From contig DYGU01000006.1 in the NCBI GenBank assembly GCA_020724525.1, forward strand, positions 13,210-77,209: DNA of 64,000 nt. Reading direction: 5' to 3'. The translations under genes and the position numbers were made by a program. A model generated the notes under the pieces. That model saw only the letters and a program-made list of their open reading frames with translations, did not search any database and was not told where the DNA came from. The stretch comes from Dehalococcoides mccartyi (GTDB lineage Bacteria; Chloroflexota; Dehalococcoidia; GIF9; DYGU01). Within the stretch, counting starts at the first letter, position 1, and each line of letters starts with the position of its first letter. This document shows positions 38,382 through 48,381 of this stretch, in pieces.

Positions 38382-40121
38382 GTGGAAACTATGCTCCAAT
38401 TAGGTCAAGCAGTTGATTTAGTCATTATATTAGCCGCGGCTTTGGTGGGAGGAATGATAGCCCACCGACTGAGGCAGCCGGTAATTTTGGGTTACCTATT
38501 TGTCGGAATTGTAGTCGGTCCACACGCTCTTGGTTTGGTAAGTGATTTAGCCCTGATTGAAGTTGCCGCTACTATAGGTGTGGCTTTGCTGATGTTCACT
38601 CTGGGATTAGAGGTCTCTATTGGGCAACTAAGACAGATGGGTGGGGTGGGGTTGTATAGCGGCATAAGTCAGATTTTGGTTACCTTTATCATCGGATTAA
38701 CGGTGGGCAGGGTCTTATTCCACTGGTCTGTGTCTGAAGCTGTTTTGTTTGGTTTGATTATCTCTCTTAGCAGTACTATGGTTTGTCTCAAAATATTGAT
38801 GGAGCGAGGCGAACTTGATTCAGTTCACGGGCGGATTATGATTGCCATTCTTATCCTCCAGGATATCAGTGTAGTTCTTATGATGGTTATTGTTCCTCTT
38901 TTAGGTGGACATTGGGGGAATTTACTATTTGCTTTAGGTATAATTACCGGAAAGGTAATCCTTTTCATCGGCATAGCTATTGTTTCAGGTATCTGGGTAC
39001 TTCCGTGGCTGATGAGCAGAATCGGGGGGGTCCCGTCGCGAGAGTTGTTTTTGCTAATAGTTTTAGTTTTGTGTTTGGGGGCAGCTTTGGGCACTTACAT
39101 TTTTGGGCTCTCTGTAGTTTTTGGTGCCTTTTTGGTCGGTCTGGTTCTTCGGGAGTCAAGATTTGCCCACCAGGCTCTTGCTGAGATTACTCCTTTACGA
39201 GACGTTTTTGCCACTTTGTTTTTTGTTTCTTTGGGCATGCTTCTTAATCCGCAATTTGTGGTTAATAATTGGTTATTAGTAGTCATAACTGTGCTTACTA
39301 TAATTTTCTTAAAGATGGTGGTTGTTTCCGGCACCGTTTGGCTTTTCGGCTATAGCGGAGGGATAGCTCTTTTAGCTGGTGCCGGTCTTTTTCAAATTGG
39401 GGAATTCAGCTTTATCCTGGCACGAGCCGGAGTTGATATGCGCCTTGTTTCTGACCAATTTTATTCTTTAATTCTTGCCACTGCTATTATCACTATGTTG
39501 TTGACTCCTCTATCTGTGAGCCTGGCATCCTGGCTGTCTCCCAAATTAGCTGCGGTTGTTACGGGCAATCTACTGATGAGAAAGCCGGCGACGCCACTGC
39601 CGGCGACCGAAGCACTGGAGACAGGAAACCCAGTAATTATTGCTGGCTATGGGAGAATCGGGCAAAATATTGCCCGGGGTCTTGAGGATGTTGGCATCCC
39701 TTACACTATCATTGAAATTGACCCTGAGCTTATTTTCGAGCTCAGGTGCCAAAGGAAAGCCTGTATCTACGGGGATGCCAGCAATCTCCGTGTACTTTCC
39801 CAGGTTAATTTAACTAAAGCTCAAATACTAGTGGTAACCTTTCCTGACCCTTTAGCGGTGGTAACTACAGTCCAGAATGCTTTAAGGATTAACCCTAAGC
39901 TTAAAATCATAGCCCGAGTCCATAGAACGAGAGAAGCTAATTTGCTCCAAAATTTGGGCGTTGTGGAGTTAATAAATCTGGAGTATGAAGCCAGTTTTGA
40001 GTTCATCAGGCGAGTTTTCTCTATTTCTGGCTGGGAAGAAACTGATGTAGAAAGAACTTTGGCTGGTTTGCGCCAGGATAAGGAGATTATTGAATTTAGT
40101 CGGGATGATGAGGAGGAATAA
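38382..40121 (+). CDS. monovalent cation:proton antiporter (CPA2/Kef-type) with C-terminal RCK/TrkA-N domain
   Basis: 579 aa. It has ~12 TM helices followed by a Rossmann GYGRIGQNIARGL TrkA-N domain. Confidence 0.8.
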   Translation: METMLQLGQAVDLVIILAAALVGGMIAHRLRQPVILGYLFVGIVVGPHALGLVSDLALIEVAATIGVALLMFTLGLEVSIGQLRQMGGVGLYSGISQILVTFIIGLTVGRVLFHWSVSEAVLFGLIISLSSTMVCLKILMERGELDSVHGRIMIAILILQDISVVLMMVIVPLLGGHWGNLLFALGIITGKVILFIGIAIVSGIWVLPWLMSRIGGVPSRELFLLIVLVLCLGAALGTYIFGLSVVFGAFLVGLVLRESRFAHQALAEITPLRDVFATLFFVSLGMLLNPQFVVNNWLLVVITVLTIIFLKMVVVSGTVWLFGYSGGIALLAGAGLFQIGEFSFILARAGVDMRLVSDQFYSLILATAIITMLLTPLSVSLASWLSPKLAAVVTGNLLMRKPATPLPATEALETGNPVIIAGYGRIGQNIARGLEDVGIPYTIIEIDPELIFELRCQRKACIYGDASNLRVLSQVNLTKAQILVVTFPDPLAVVTTVQNALRINPKLKIIARVHRTREANLLQNLGVVELINLEYEASFEFIRRVFSISGWEETDVERTLAGLRQDKEIIEFSRDDEEE

Positions 40122-40242
40122 GGGGCTGTTACCAAAGGCTGGTCTGGGACGCTTTTCGTAGTTTAACCAGGGTAATCGGAAGACAGGATAAGGAATAAAC
40201 CGAAAATTATAATAATACTACCGGCTATTTTGGGCAGCAAGT

Positions 40243-40572
40243 TTATCTAACCAGAACAGAGTCGATGAGTTTCTTAAGCTCGGTCTTTGGTCTGTAACCA
40301 ACCACCTGTTTTGCAGGTTTACCATTATTAAAGATAATGAGAGTTGGTATACTCATAACACCGTAGCTTGAGGCTAAAAAGGGATTTTCATCTACATTTA
40401 CTTTAGTAAAACTGACTTTGCCCTCATACTCATCAGCTAATTCGGCGACTACGGGGGCGACAGCACGGCAGGGTCCACACCAGGGTGCCCAGAAATCTAC
40501 CAGGACTGGTTGTTTGGCTTTAAGCACCTTTTCTTGAAAATTACTCTGGTCAACAGTTGCTGGTTCAGCCAT
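40243..40572 (-). CDS. trxA: thioredoxin
   Basis: 109 aa with the WCGPC active site. Confidence 0.85.
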   Translation of the reverse strand: MAEPATVDQSNFQEKVLKAKQPVLVDFWAPWCGPCRAVAPVVAELADEYEGKVSFTKVNVDENPFLASSYGVMSIPTLIIFNNGKPAKQVVGYRPKTELKKLIDSVLVR

Positions 40573-40626
40573 TTTTCTCCTTTACCAGGCATTATTGATT
40601 AAGCAGTTATATTTTACCAAGATAGT

Positions 40627-41739
40627 CTACCCCCGGCAATGGCAGCCCTTCGCCTTATTTTTTAGTGCCAGGGGGAGTCCAGCGAAACTTATGACTGTGG
40701 CAAAGAGCATTACGGCTTTAAAGCCCATTATCTGAGAAAGGAAACCACCCAGAAAGGGACCAATGCCACTACAAAAGCTGATGGTAGAGAAAAGAAGTCC
40801 GGCGCTGGTGCCGTGCTCTTCGCCACTTCGCATCAGGAGAAGGAGACAACCCACATAGAGGCATGACCAGCCGAGGGCGAGAATAACCTGGACTGGCAGT
40901 AGCTGAAGGTAGTGAGTCGACAGGGCATAGGACAGGAAGACGACACCAGACAGCACTAAGCCTAAGGAAAACATTTTAGCTTCGTGGAATTTTTCCACAT
41001 AACGCATGGCGATAAATTGCCCGAGAAAGTTGACTGTCCACAGGAGGCTAATCCACAACTTGGTAGCGCCTATGCTGACTAAGAAAAGGGGCAGGATAAT
41101 CCAGACGGCGTTGGCGCCTAAGTGGCGCAGGAAGAAGGGTAAATAAACCTTCCAGTTCCGGATAATCACTTGTCCTGGGTGAGCCAGCATTGGTTTTCTC
41201 TCTGAGCTTGATTCTTTAAGTTGTAAGGTTAGCAAAAAAGCAACCAGACACGAAAGGGAACTGAGGGTAAACAAACTGTTATATTCTTTGATAATGGCGG
41301 CGGCAGACGCACCAGCTACCCACCCCAACGAGCCATAGGAGCTGTATTTGCCAATATTACCCTCTACTTCAAAGGCATAGGCAAGCAGGACAGCCGAAGA
41401 TATCCCGAGGCAAAACCCGGTAATGCCTCTGACTATAACTAAAGTTAGGAGATTGTAAGCTAATGTCTGGAGAAAAAAGGCAATAGAGCTTAGACCGAGC
41501 CCTATTCTTATGAACTTAACCCGCCCTTTTTTATCAGACTGCCAGCTAAAGAAAAGGGAAGAGGCAAAATATGCCATCCCGTAGCTGACACCAACGATAC
41601 CCACATCAAAGCGGGAAGCTCCCAGCTCAGTGGCGAAGAGGGGAATAAAAATAATAGAGGCTTCTATAGCTGAATTTACTAATAAAGCAATAACGCCTAA
41701 AGGTAATTGCATCAGTTTTGTCATGGAATTAGAGCGCAA
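40627..41739 (-). CDS. MFS transporter
   Basis: 370 aa with ~12 predicted TM helices and MFS-type loop motifs. Confidence 0.7.
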   Translation of the reverse strand: MRSNSMTKLMQLPLGVIALLVNSAIEASIIFIPLFATELGASRFDVGIVGVSYGMAYFASSLFFSWQSDKKGRVKFIRIGLGLSSIAFFLQTLAYNLLTLVIVRGITGFCLGISSAVLLAYAFEVEGNIGKYSSYGSLGWVAGASAAAIIKEYNSLFTLSSLSCLVAFLLTLQLKESSSERKPMLAHPGQVIIRNWKVYLPFFLRHLGANAVWIILPLFLVSIGATKLWISLLWTVNFLGQFIAMRYVEKFHEAKMFSLGLVLSGVVFLSYALSTHYLQLLPVQVILALGWSCLYVGCLLLLMRSGEEHGTSAGLLFSTISFCSGIGPFLGGFLSQIMGFKAVMLFATVISFAGLPLALKNKAKGCHCRG

Positions 41740-41770
41740 TTATAACGCCTGTACTTAGGGATTACCACTG

Positions 41771-42524
41771 TTAAATAGTTACCTTGAGTCCGAATAAGTC
41801 TACAGCATTTTTAGTAGTCTGCTGGCTAACAGAAGCTTCGTCAGCTCCCTTTATGGCAGCCACAGCGGTCAAAGTCCTCACAATATTAGCGGGCTGGGAG
41901 GAATACTTTGTCTCCCTACCACAAACAACGGGACAATCTGATTCCGGAAGTAGCCTGTTTAAGGGTACTTCTTTAATGGCTCGGCGGTGCTCCTGGTGGT
42001 ACTCTGCTGCTGGAGTAGCCGAAATAAAGTAGCCAGTGCTGAGAATGTCTTTGAGAACACTGGAGAAGCCGGTAAACCAGTGGAAAACAGCTTTTTCCAC
42101 CCTTGTCTGAGCAGTTACTTCATAGGCGTCCTGCCACGCGTAACGACTATGGATTATCACCGGTTTTTGATAAAGTTTAGCTAAGGTAAGGAGACGGTGA
42201 AAGACTTCCTTCTGGGGTTCTTTAGGGGTGGTTTTAATTACTCTTTTATCATAGTCCAGACCAATTTCACCGATAGCCACAATGTCAAAAATCTTGACTT
42301 CAATAAAGTGGAGATTAGCCTCAATTTAGGAAGGGGTGAAGACCTAAGGAAGGGTAAACAAATTCGGGATAGCTCTGGCAGATTTCCAGGGTTTTCAGAT
42401 TTGACGAGTAATCCGAGCCAACAGCAATAATAGCCACCACACCTATCTCCTTAGCTCTGTCCACAGCTGAAGACAGATTTTCCAGCTCATCCAGGTGAGT
42501 ATGAGTGTCGATAAGGCAATACAA
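41771..42524 (-). pseudogene. tatD: TatD-family metal-dependent hydrolase split by a -1 frameshift
   Basis: The N-terminal part (LYCLIDTHTHLD...LGLHPF) starts at a TTG preceded by AAAGGAAAT. It ends at a TGA. The +1 frame continues IEANLHFIEVKIFDIVAIGEIGLDY... to 41771. The break is at ~42285..42330. The track shows two ORFs, 42321..42581 and 41771..42280. Confidence 0.65.
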
Positions 42525-42614
42525 ATTATTTCCTTTAGGAACCAATGTGCCCGAAGATAGTCTGGCAGATAACGGTCTCAAGCCCCGTTTCTTTCAGAAT
42601 CTGGTGAACCATTT

Positions 42615-43157
42615 TCATCTCAGAGTAAGTGGGATGGGGGATACGGCTCCTGAATTCAGGTCGGTAATCAAGAAGGCAAACCTGAACTTTAGAGTCAAGT
42701 TCACAGATTCTTTCTGCCCCACGAACCCTTGGACAATTCTTTTTGGAATATACTCCTTGGGCAATTCAGTTTTGATTTTCATCCCCTCTCTTACTGGGGT
42801 GATACAAGCTGGTCTTACTTGGTTATCAATTTCTATAGCGCAACTCCAGCAACCACCAACTTGGCATGGAGCGAAAAAGTCCGGCTTGTTCGGAGCCTCT
42901 GAGATAGCCCACCCCGCTTCTATCAGGGCTTCTTTGACACTGATGCGTTCCGGCACCCTTATACTTTGACCATCAATCTCAATAGTCACTTCTCTATCTC
43001 TGGGCTCCTCAATCATGTCTATGGCTTGGTTAGGGCAAGCTAAGGCGCAGGCACCACAGCCAATACAGCCATTTTCTTTGCCCGAGCAAGCTACTATTTC
43101 CCGGCAAGTACCACAGTCAAGACATTTTTTTAACTTATACTCAGCTATATAAGACAC
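42615..43157 (-). CDS. ferredoxin-like protein: 2x[4Fe-4S] + plant-type [2Fe-2S] domain
   Basis: CLDCGTCREIVAC and CIGCGACALACP motifs are followed by C-x4-C-x2-C...C (APCQVGGCWSCA...ACITP). The C-terminal 35 aa look non-protein-like, so the 3' end is uncertain. Confidence 0.6.
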   Translation of the reverse strand: MSYIAEYKLKKCLDCGTCREIVACSGKENGCIGCGACALACPNQAIDMIEEPRDREVTIEIDGQSIRVPERISVKEALIEAGWAISEAPNKPDFFAPCQVGGCWSCAIEIDNQVRPACITPVREGMKIKTELPKEYIPKRIVQGFVGQKESVNLTLKFRFAFLITDLNSGAVSPIPLTLR

Positions 43158-43220
43158 AAAATTCCTCCTCCTTTAGATTACTTTACTACTATTATCGCTG
43201 TAAAATTAGAACTGAAAAGT

Positions 43221-43868
43221 ATGGAAAAGAGAAACAAAATTGAAAAGCTTGTTAGTCTCTTTCCTCTTTATTCCGAGGAATTAGGCATAGACCTAATCCA
43301 ACCCCGGGGCAGGTTTAAGTGGTTTTTGGCATCTATCCTTTTCGGGGCTCGAATTAGTGAGCAGATTGCGGCTAATACTTATGGCTGCTTTAAAAACTCA
43401 GGGTTAGATACACCAGACAAAATATTAGCTGCCGGCTGGGACAGGTTAGTGGAAATTCTTGATTCCGGGGGTTATGTCCGCTACGACTTTTCTACAGCTA
43501 CAAAGCTACTGGGGATAATGACCGATTTGAAGGCAAGATATGGCTCATTAGAAGAACTTTACCATCAATCCTCAGGCTCACCAGATTTGATAAGGCGCCT
43601 TCAGGAATTCAAGGGTGTTGGTCCAACGACAACCCAAATTTTCCTCAGGGAATTACGGGGTATCTGGGGAATAGAATGTCCAGTGTCAACTATAGCTAAA
43701 GATGTAGCCGTGAAATTAAACATAAATTTAGATGACTTTAAGGGAAGTGAACTGGCTCGAGTAGAAACAGCCCTGGTCAAGCTCAGTCTGAGATACTGCA
43801 AAAGGCAAAAGTGCCACGAGTGCGGCATGAATGAATTTTGTTTAACCAAGAAAAACAAAAACTATTAG
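43221..43868 (+). CDS. HhH-GPD superfamily DNA glycosylase (MagIII/Nth-like)
   Basis: 215 aa. It has a helix-hairpin-helix motif with a Gly/Pro-rich loop (FKGVGPTTTQIF) and a C-terminal Cys cluster (CKRQKCHECGMNEFC). Confidence 0.55.
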   Translation: MEKRNKIEKLVSLFPLYSEELGIDLIQPRGRFKWFLASILFGARISEQIAANTYGCFKNSGLDTPDKILAAGWDRLVEILDSGGYVRYDFSTATKLLGIMTDLKARYGSLEELYHQSSGSPDLIRRLQEFKGVGPTTTQIFLRELRGIWGIECPVSTIAKDVAVKLNINLDDFKGSELARVETALVKLSLRYCKRQKCHECGMNEFCLTKKNKNY

Positions 43869-44008
43869 CCGTTAGGTATTACTTAAAGCCTGTGCCGGCA
43901 TGTTACGGGATGTTTTCTCGGCACAACGATTTGACGAAGTGTGCAATTGCGGAGCTTTTCTTAAACGATGGCTAACCAGCACACTAACTTTAAGTCTTCT
44001 TTACGTAG

Positions 44009-44694
44009 CTACTCAGCAGGACTCGGGGGCCGGTGGCAGTACTTCCCACTTCCTCCTGAAATCGAAGGATGCCTCCGGGTGTGTAGTAATAGGGCATAAA
44101 CCATTCCGGGGGTGAAGCTTGGGATAATTTTAGTGCTTGAAGCACCTTTTCGTAAATAGTCTGTGGGGTGGTATCGGAAATAGTCGAGGCTGAGCCAGTT
44201 AAGGACTATGATATCGTTCTCTGTTGGGGCATGACGGTTTATCAGGAGATAAAAATAGTATGGCTTTAGCCAGAAGGGCCACACGAGACGACCAGGAGAA
44301 GGCTTCCGCTCTCGGCTCCACTCAATAGCCATGAAGACGAGATAACTATAGTCCTTTGTGAAGATGAAAAGATAATACCCGGGATGTCTGCGAGCAAAGG
44401 ATATAGCAATATGTCGACACGGATAAACAGTTAGTTCTTTTATTTGAACTAAATGGACTTGAGAAGGCGAGGGACTGAGGTAGTGGCTTATAAGCCACCA
44501 AGTCACGATTTATCTCGCCAGGCACGATAGAATTCCAAAGTCGGTAGCCTCATAGCGTACGAGGTTTGTTCTGTATCCCAGTTCGTTCTGAAAAACTGGA
44601 CAAGAGCATCCTTATCTTTGAGACCCAAGGTAATTCGAGTTAATTGCGAGCGATACGCAACCTGCTTACCCATAAATTTCTCTTCGGTGTCCAA
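44009..44694 (-). CDS. hypothetical protein, probably frameshifted (two adjacent ORFs in different frames)
   Basis: ORFs 44503..44694 and 44009..44506 abut in different frames. There is no recognisable domain. The region is Trp/Tyr-rich. Confidence 0.2.
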
Positions 44695-44933
44695 TAAGGT
44701 GAATCAGAAGAAGTTTCAGATCCTGGTTAGTAGAGTAGATGACCCGATAATCCCTGATGCGAAGCTTATAATAACCTTTAAATTCAGCAGAAAGAGGCTT
44801 TGGAGTAATGCTTTCAAAGTTTTCTAAAAGCCATTTTATTTTACCGAAGATGCGTTCCCTCACCGTTGAATCCAGCCTTGTCAGGTCGGCTTCAGCCTCG
44901 GCAAGGAACTCTACCTGGTACCCCGTCACTAGA
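44666..44933 (-). CDS. RelE/ParE-family type II toxin
   Basis: The GTG start gives MTGYQVEFLAEAEADLTRLD...YKLRIRDYRVIYSTNQDLKLLLIHLIGHRREIYG, the classic RelE/ParE C-terminus. The track ORF extends upstream in a basic, low-complexity frame. Confidence 0.7.
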
Positions 44934-45129
44934 CCAGTCCTAACCTTTTGCCGATTTCTGAAGCTGGGATGCCCCTCTCCACTCCTGAGGTCTTCCTGAG
45001 CCTTTCTTTGATTTCTTCCTTTAGCTCCATGCCCCAATCCGGATCCCCCAGAAGTTCCTCAAGCTTTTGTTCAACTATCTGGGTAATAAGGTGCTTAAGT
45101 TCTTCTACCGACATTTCTGAGACTTTCAT
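44929..45129 (-). CDS. putative antitoxin partner of RelE/ParE
   Basis: 66 aa acidic helical protein (MKVSEMSVEELKHLITQIVEQKLEELLGDPDW). It overlaps the toxin start by 5 nt. Confidence 0.5.
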   Translation of the reverse strand: MKVSEMSVEELKHLITQIVEQKLEELLGDPDWGMELKEEIKERLRKTSGVERGIPASEIGKRLGLV

Positions 45130-45149
45130 AAGATTTGCCTCCCCAAATA

Positions 45150-45347
45150 TTATACACTTTTTGCCTTAGCCAAGCGGTTCTTCACCAGCTCTACCACCGC
45201 CTGGTAGACTTGAAGTTGCTCCTCTTCGGTAAGCCCCAAAGCTTCAAAGACAACTTTATCCAGCTGCCTCCGGTCTGACAACACAATGCACAAGCAAGAA
45301 AACTGAACGAAGTAGCGGAGTGTTCGGGGTGGGGAAGATGTAGGCAT
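45150..45347 (-). pseudogene. C-terminal remnant of an N6-adenine DNA methyltransferase-like gene
   Basis: ...VVFEALGLTEEEQLQVYQAVVELVKNRLAKAKSV resembles the C-terminal helix of type IIG/type I MTases. There is no upstream catalytic domain. Confidence 0.25.
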
Positions 45348-45439
45348 AGTTTTGTCTTCAGGAATAGATTAGAGTTGAGAGGGACGTTATACTTTTTAGT
45401 GGGAAAGGTGAAGAACGTATGAATGAGGTATAATGGTTA

Positions 45440-45560
45440 ATAGATGTTTACTTTGACGGCAAATTCTGGTGCGCCCGCAGCATTGAGGTAATGTGTGATA
45501 GGGAGACATATTATGGACTTGAAACAGGTCAATTATTCTTTTCATTGCTCGGAGAAGTTG
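45440..45560 (+). pseudogene. degenerate duplicate of the hicB 5' region
   Basis: atgaatgaggtataatggttaatagatgtttactttgacggcaaattctggtgcgcccgcagcattgag parallels atgaataaggtataatggtttaaggaggttagctatgctggttaagatagaggtttactttgatggtgaattctggtgtggtcgtggcataggcgaagat at 47600 (VYFDG.FWC..G). Confidence 0.4.
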
Positions 45561-45869
45561 AAGTCTAATTTTTTTCTGGTAGCTGGTGTAATGGACAGGC
45601 TGGTCAGTCTGGAGGGGGAGAGGTGGCAAGGGGGAAAAGAAGTGGCTCGGAGTGTCCTGGGGCGTTAAGGAGGGAGTTGAATTTGAGTAAGCAGCAATTG
45701 CCGGTGGAAGAAGTCGGTTTCATTGAGGGTAAAGTGATGGAAGCTTCAGGGGAAATGGAGTTGCGGAATTATGACGAAGCGAGGGAGAGATTAGCTGAGG
45801 CTCTATCTCGTATTACTACCCTCAGTGATAGATATATGCAGACGCTGAGAGAAAATGGCTGGATTTAAC

Positions 45870-46523
45870 CTCTTGGCAATATAACCTTTAATGTCTTCAG
45901 GCTTTATCATACCCAGTTCGGTGATTCTTCCGGTTATGAGCTGGGGTGGGATTTGGTCAAAGCCGGGTTCTAATTCGGGGGATTTACCCTGGTAGCTCTG
46001 AGTATTTAGTTTAGCTGTTTCACAGAGGCAGTAGACAGGGATGGAAGCCCTTCTGGCGGCTGAGGCGAGGATATAAGTGGGGATGCCGTTAATAATAGAG
46101 CCATCACTGAGGATGCTATCGGCACCAACCAGGACTCTGGTTGTTTGAAGATATGTTTTCCTATATAGTTATCTTCGATGAGTTCAGAGCTGATAGTGTG
46201 CCGGACTAATTCTTCAGTAGTTAATTTGCCGTAGACTATGCCTTGGGAGACCTGGACTGGGCAACAATAACCTGGAATTCTTTACCTTCCTGTTTGGCTA
46301 TCTAGAGAGCCTGGCAGACGGGGGAACTGTAGCTGCAGGTCATTAGAATGTCGGATGGCTGGACAATGCTGGCACCGTGTTGAGCTACTTTCAGATGAGC
46401 TTCTGTTGATGAGTTAATAATCTCTTTGCCTTTAGTCTGGGCGAAGACTTTCAGGGAATTAAGGTCAGGCGACTCTTGGGAATAGGTGATAGCCTTGATT
46501 CTTGTGGTGATTTTGTGGTTCAT
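45870..46523 (-). pseudogene. eIF-2B alpha/beta/delta-family (MtnA/R15P-isomerase paralog) pseudogene, N-terminally truncated with an in-frame TAG and two frameshifts
   Basis: Hand translation gives ...ILMTCSYSSPVCQAL, then a TAG, then IAKQEGKEFQVIVAQSRSPKA. A frame change follows (QGIVYGKLTTEELVRHTISSELIEDNYIGKHIF). Another frame change follows (VLVGADSILSDGSIINGIPTYILASAARRASIPVYCLCETAKL...ITELGMIKPEDI). All conserved eIF-2B-family blocks are present but they fall in three frames. Confidence 0.6.
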
Positions 46524-46530
46524 AAGGTGG

Positions 46531-47526
46531 CTAAATGTGAAATTCGATAATGTCACCGTCCTGGAGGATATGGTCTCTTTTAGCTCTTTGTCCGTCAAAC
46601 TTGCCTGAGCCCCAGACAAGGGCATATTTTAATTTAGCTTTGAAATCCTTATGAATAGCCTCAGCGGCATCTTCAACAACACTGTCTTTCTTTAGAACTA
46701 TGGGCTCGGTTAAGTCTGGTTTCCCGCCGGGGGTTTTAGTATAGACGCGGATAATGTCCAAGGCTTTGTAGACCTCTCTTTTAAACTCTTCCAAGCCAGC
46801 ACCATTTTGGGCAGCAATAGGGATGAGGGGGAATTGCTTCTGATAACGCTCGGTCAGTTTCGTCCAGTTCCGGCTGGAATTGTCCAGGTCGCTTTTATTA
46901 CCTACAATTACGGCTTTTTTCCAGTATCTCACTTGAGACTCGCCATCCTCACTGCCGATAAGCCCTATGCCGAGTTTTCTTAGTTCTCGGGTGACAACTT
47001 CCACCTGAGTAATAGGCTCGAGGCTTAAGTCTATCAGAATAGCGAGAAGGTCAGCATTTCTAAGGAGGTTGGTGAGCCATAAAGGCGGTCCTCGGTCGGT
47101 GATGGGTGGGGTATCAACGAGCTGTATTTGAATATTTTCAAAGTCCATCATTCCGGGATTAGGCATCTTGGTGGTAAAGGGATAGTCAGCTATTTCTGGA
47201 GAGGCTTCGGTGACCGCTGCCAGAAGCTGGGACTTTCCCACATTTGGTAAGCCAATAATTACTATCTGCCCGGCGCCTTCCTTCTTGATATGGTGGATAC
47301 CCCGTCTGCCCGGGGCAGCCTTTTTTTCGGCTTCTTCAGAGAATTTGGCAATTTTTCGCCTGAGTTCGGCACGGAGTTTGTCGGTGCCTTTGTGTTTGGG
47401 CATGATGGCCAGCATTGCCTCTAAGGCTTCGATTTTTTCCTCAGGACTTTTGGCGATTCGGAAGCGCTTTTCGGCTTCAAAATATTGTGGTGGTAGATTT
47501 GCTGGCATAGGTAAATATTTTAGCAC
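46531..47526 (-). CDS. Obg-related GTPase of the DRG/Rbg type with C-terminal TGS domain
   Basis: 331 aa with G1 [11 protein letters not shown]3 DTPP and G4 NKSD. A C-terminal TGS-like segment is present. Confidence 0.75.
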   Translation of the reverse strand: MLKYLPMPANLPPQYFEAEKRFRIAKSPEEKIEALEAMLAIMPKHKGTDKLRAELRRKIAKFSEEAEKKAAPGRRGIHHIKKEGAGQIVIIGLPNVGKSQLLAAVTEASPEIADYPFTTKMPNPGMMDFENIQIQLVDTPPITDRGPPLWLTNLLRNADLLAILIDLSLEPITQVEVVTRELRKLGIGLIGSEDGESQVRYWKKAVIVGNKSDLDNSSRNWTKLTERYQKQFPLIPIAAQNGAGLEEFKREVYKALDIIRVYTKTPGGKPDLTEPIVLKKDSVVEDAAEAIHKDFKAKLKYALVWGSGKFDGQRAKRDHILQDGDIIEFHI

Positions 47527-47635
47527 AAATTTGATTTAGGATTGCCACACTGGCACGGATGTGTGAGCTGATCAGAATAGGCTACCTAAGGCTAAGAATG
47601 TATGAATAAGGTATAATGGTTTAAGGAGGTTAGCT

Positions 47636-47848
47636 ATGCTGGTTAAGATAGAGGTTTACTTTGATGGTGAATTCTGGTGTGGTCGTGGCATAGGCGAAGA
47701 TATCTTTACCCAAGGCAAAAGTTTAGATGAATTACATGAGAACATCAAAGAAGCAGTAGCTGTCCATTATGGAGAACTGGACGAGCCTATTACCATCCTT
47801 ACGCTATCTGAGGTGAAACTGACCGGTGCCAAAGCTACCTCAGGTTAG
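47636..47848 (+). CDS. hicB: HicB-family antitoxin
   Basis: 70 aa protein MLVKIEVYFDGEFWCGRGIGEDIFTQGKSLDELHENIKEAVAVHYGE with the UPF0150/HicB fold signature. Confidence 0.7.
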   Translation: MLVKIEVYFDGEFWCGRGIGEDIFTQGKSLDELHENIKEAVAVHYGELDEPITILTLSEVKLTGAKATSG

Positions 47849-48068
47849 TGGCGAAGATGTCATCAGGCTTCTTCAAACCCTGGGCTATGAGGTCGTAAGA
47901 CAACGAGGAAGCCATGTAAGGCTGCGAAAGATTACACTTCCGGGTGAGCATAACATCACTGTTCCTGTCCATAAAGTGCTGGCTAAAGGAACGTTAAGTG
48001 ATATTCTTGGTAAGGTAGCTTTGTGGAACAACATTACCAAAGAAGAGCTTATTAGGAAGCTGAGGTAA
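47826..48068 (+). CDS. hicA: HicA-family mRNA interferase toxin
   Basis: 80 aa protein with LPKVSGEDVIRLLQTLGYEVVRQRGSHVRL, the HicA/YcfA motif. It overlaps hicB. Confidence 0.75.
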   Translation: MPKLPQVSGEDVIRLLQTLGYEVVRQRGSHVRLRKITLPGEHNITVPVHKVLAKGTLSDILGKVALWNNITKEELIRKLR

Positions 48069-48169
48069 TGTGGTTGGAGGCGTATTTGGTCACACAAATA
48101 CCATAGCGCCCGAATTTGTGAACATTGACTTTCACCCTGTTATCTGGTAATTTAGCCACAAAGTAAATA

Positions 48170-48333
48170 ATGTTGTTGGGGTGCCCGAGGGTGACTGAGG
48201 GCTTAATTTGGTAGCAAGCCGGTGGGATTCCGGCGCAGTTCCGCTTGCTGTAACAGCCAGAACGCCAGCCCCGATAAACAAGACTGCCTCCGCGGAGTAA
48301 GGGGGTAGAGCTTATTTTTAAAAAGGCTCTTAA
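48170..48333 (+). promoter_or_regulatory. cobalamin (B12) riboswitch
   Basis: ggtgcccgagggtgactgagggcttaatttggtagcaagccggtgggattccggcgcagttccgcttgctgtaacagccagaacgccagcccc carries the conserved GGTGGAATTCC-like loop and GCGCAGTTCCGCTTGCTGTAA. The B12-box AGCCAGAACGCC is present. The region is nearly identical in core to the element at 57160. Confidence 0.75.
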
Positions 48334-48366
48334 ATCTCCTTGTTCCAAGGACAAGGAGATTTTTGT
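48334..48366 (+). terminator. intrinsic terminator (riboswitch expression platform)
   Basis: atctccttgt-tccaagg-acaaggagat has a 10-bp perfect stem followed by TTTTG. It lies just upstream of the btuC start. Confidence 0.55.
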
Positions 48367-48381
48367 TTAGTAATCGCCAAA

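Noticed and set aside
38825-39334. Several short ORFs on both strands inside the Kef-type antiporter gene
   Set aside because: The overlapping antiporter ORF is long, membrane-typical and conserved. The short ORFs have no support.
46365-46385. TGGCACCGTGTTGAGC, a sigma-54-like -24 element
   Set aside because: The -12 region (TGAGC) does not match TTGCW. It lies inside a pseudogene with no downstream ORF. Likely a chance occurrence.
46302-46625. 107-aa ORF overlapping the start of the GTPase gene
   Set aside because: Its C-terminal two-thirds are the first frame of the decayed eIF-2B-like pseudogene. The N-terminal extension runs antisense or overlapping into the GTPase gene. It is not an independent gene.
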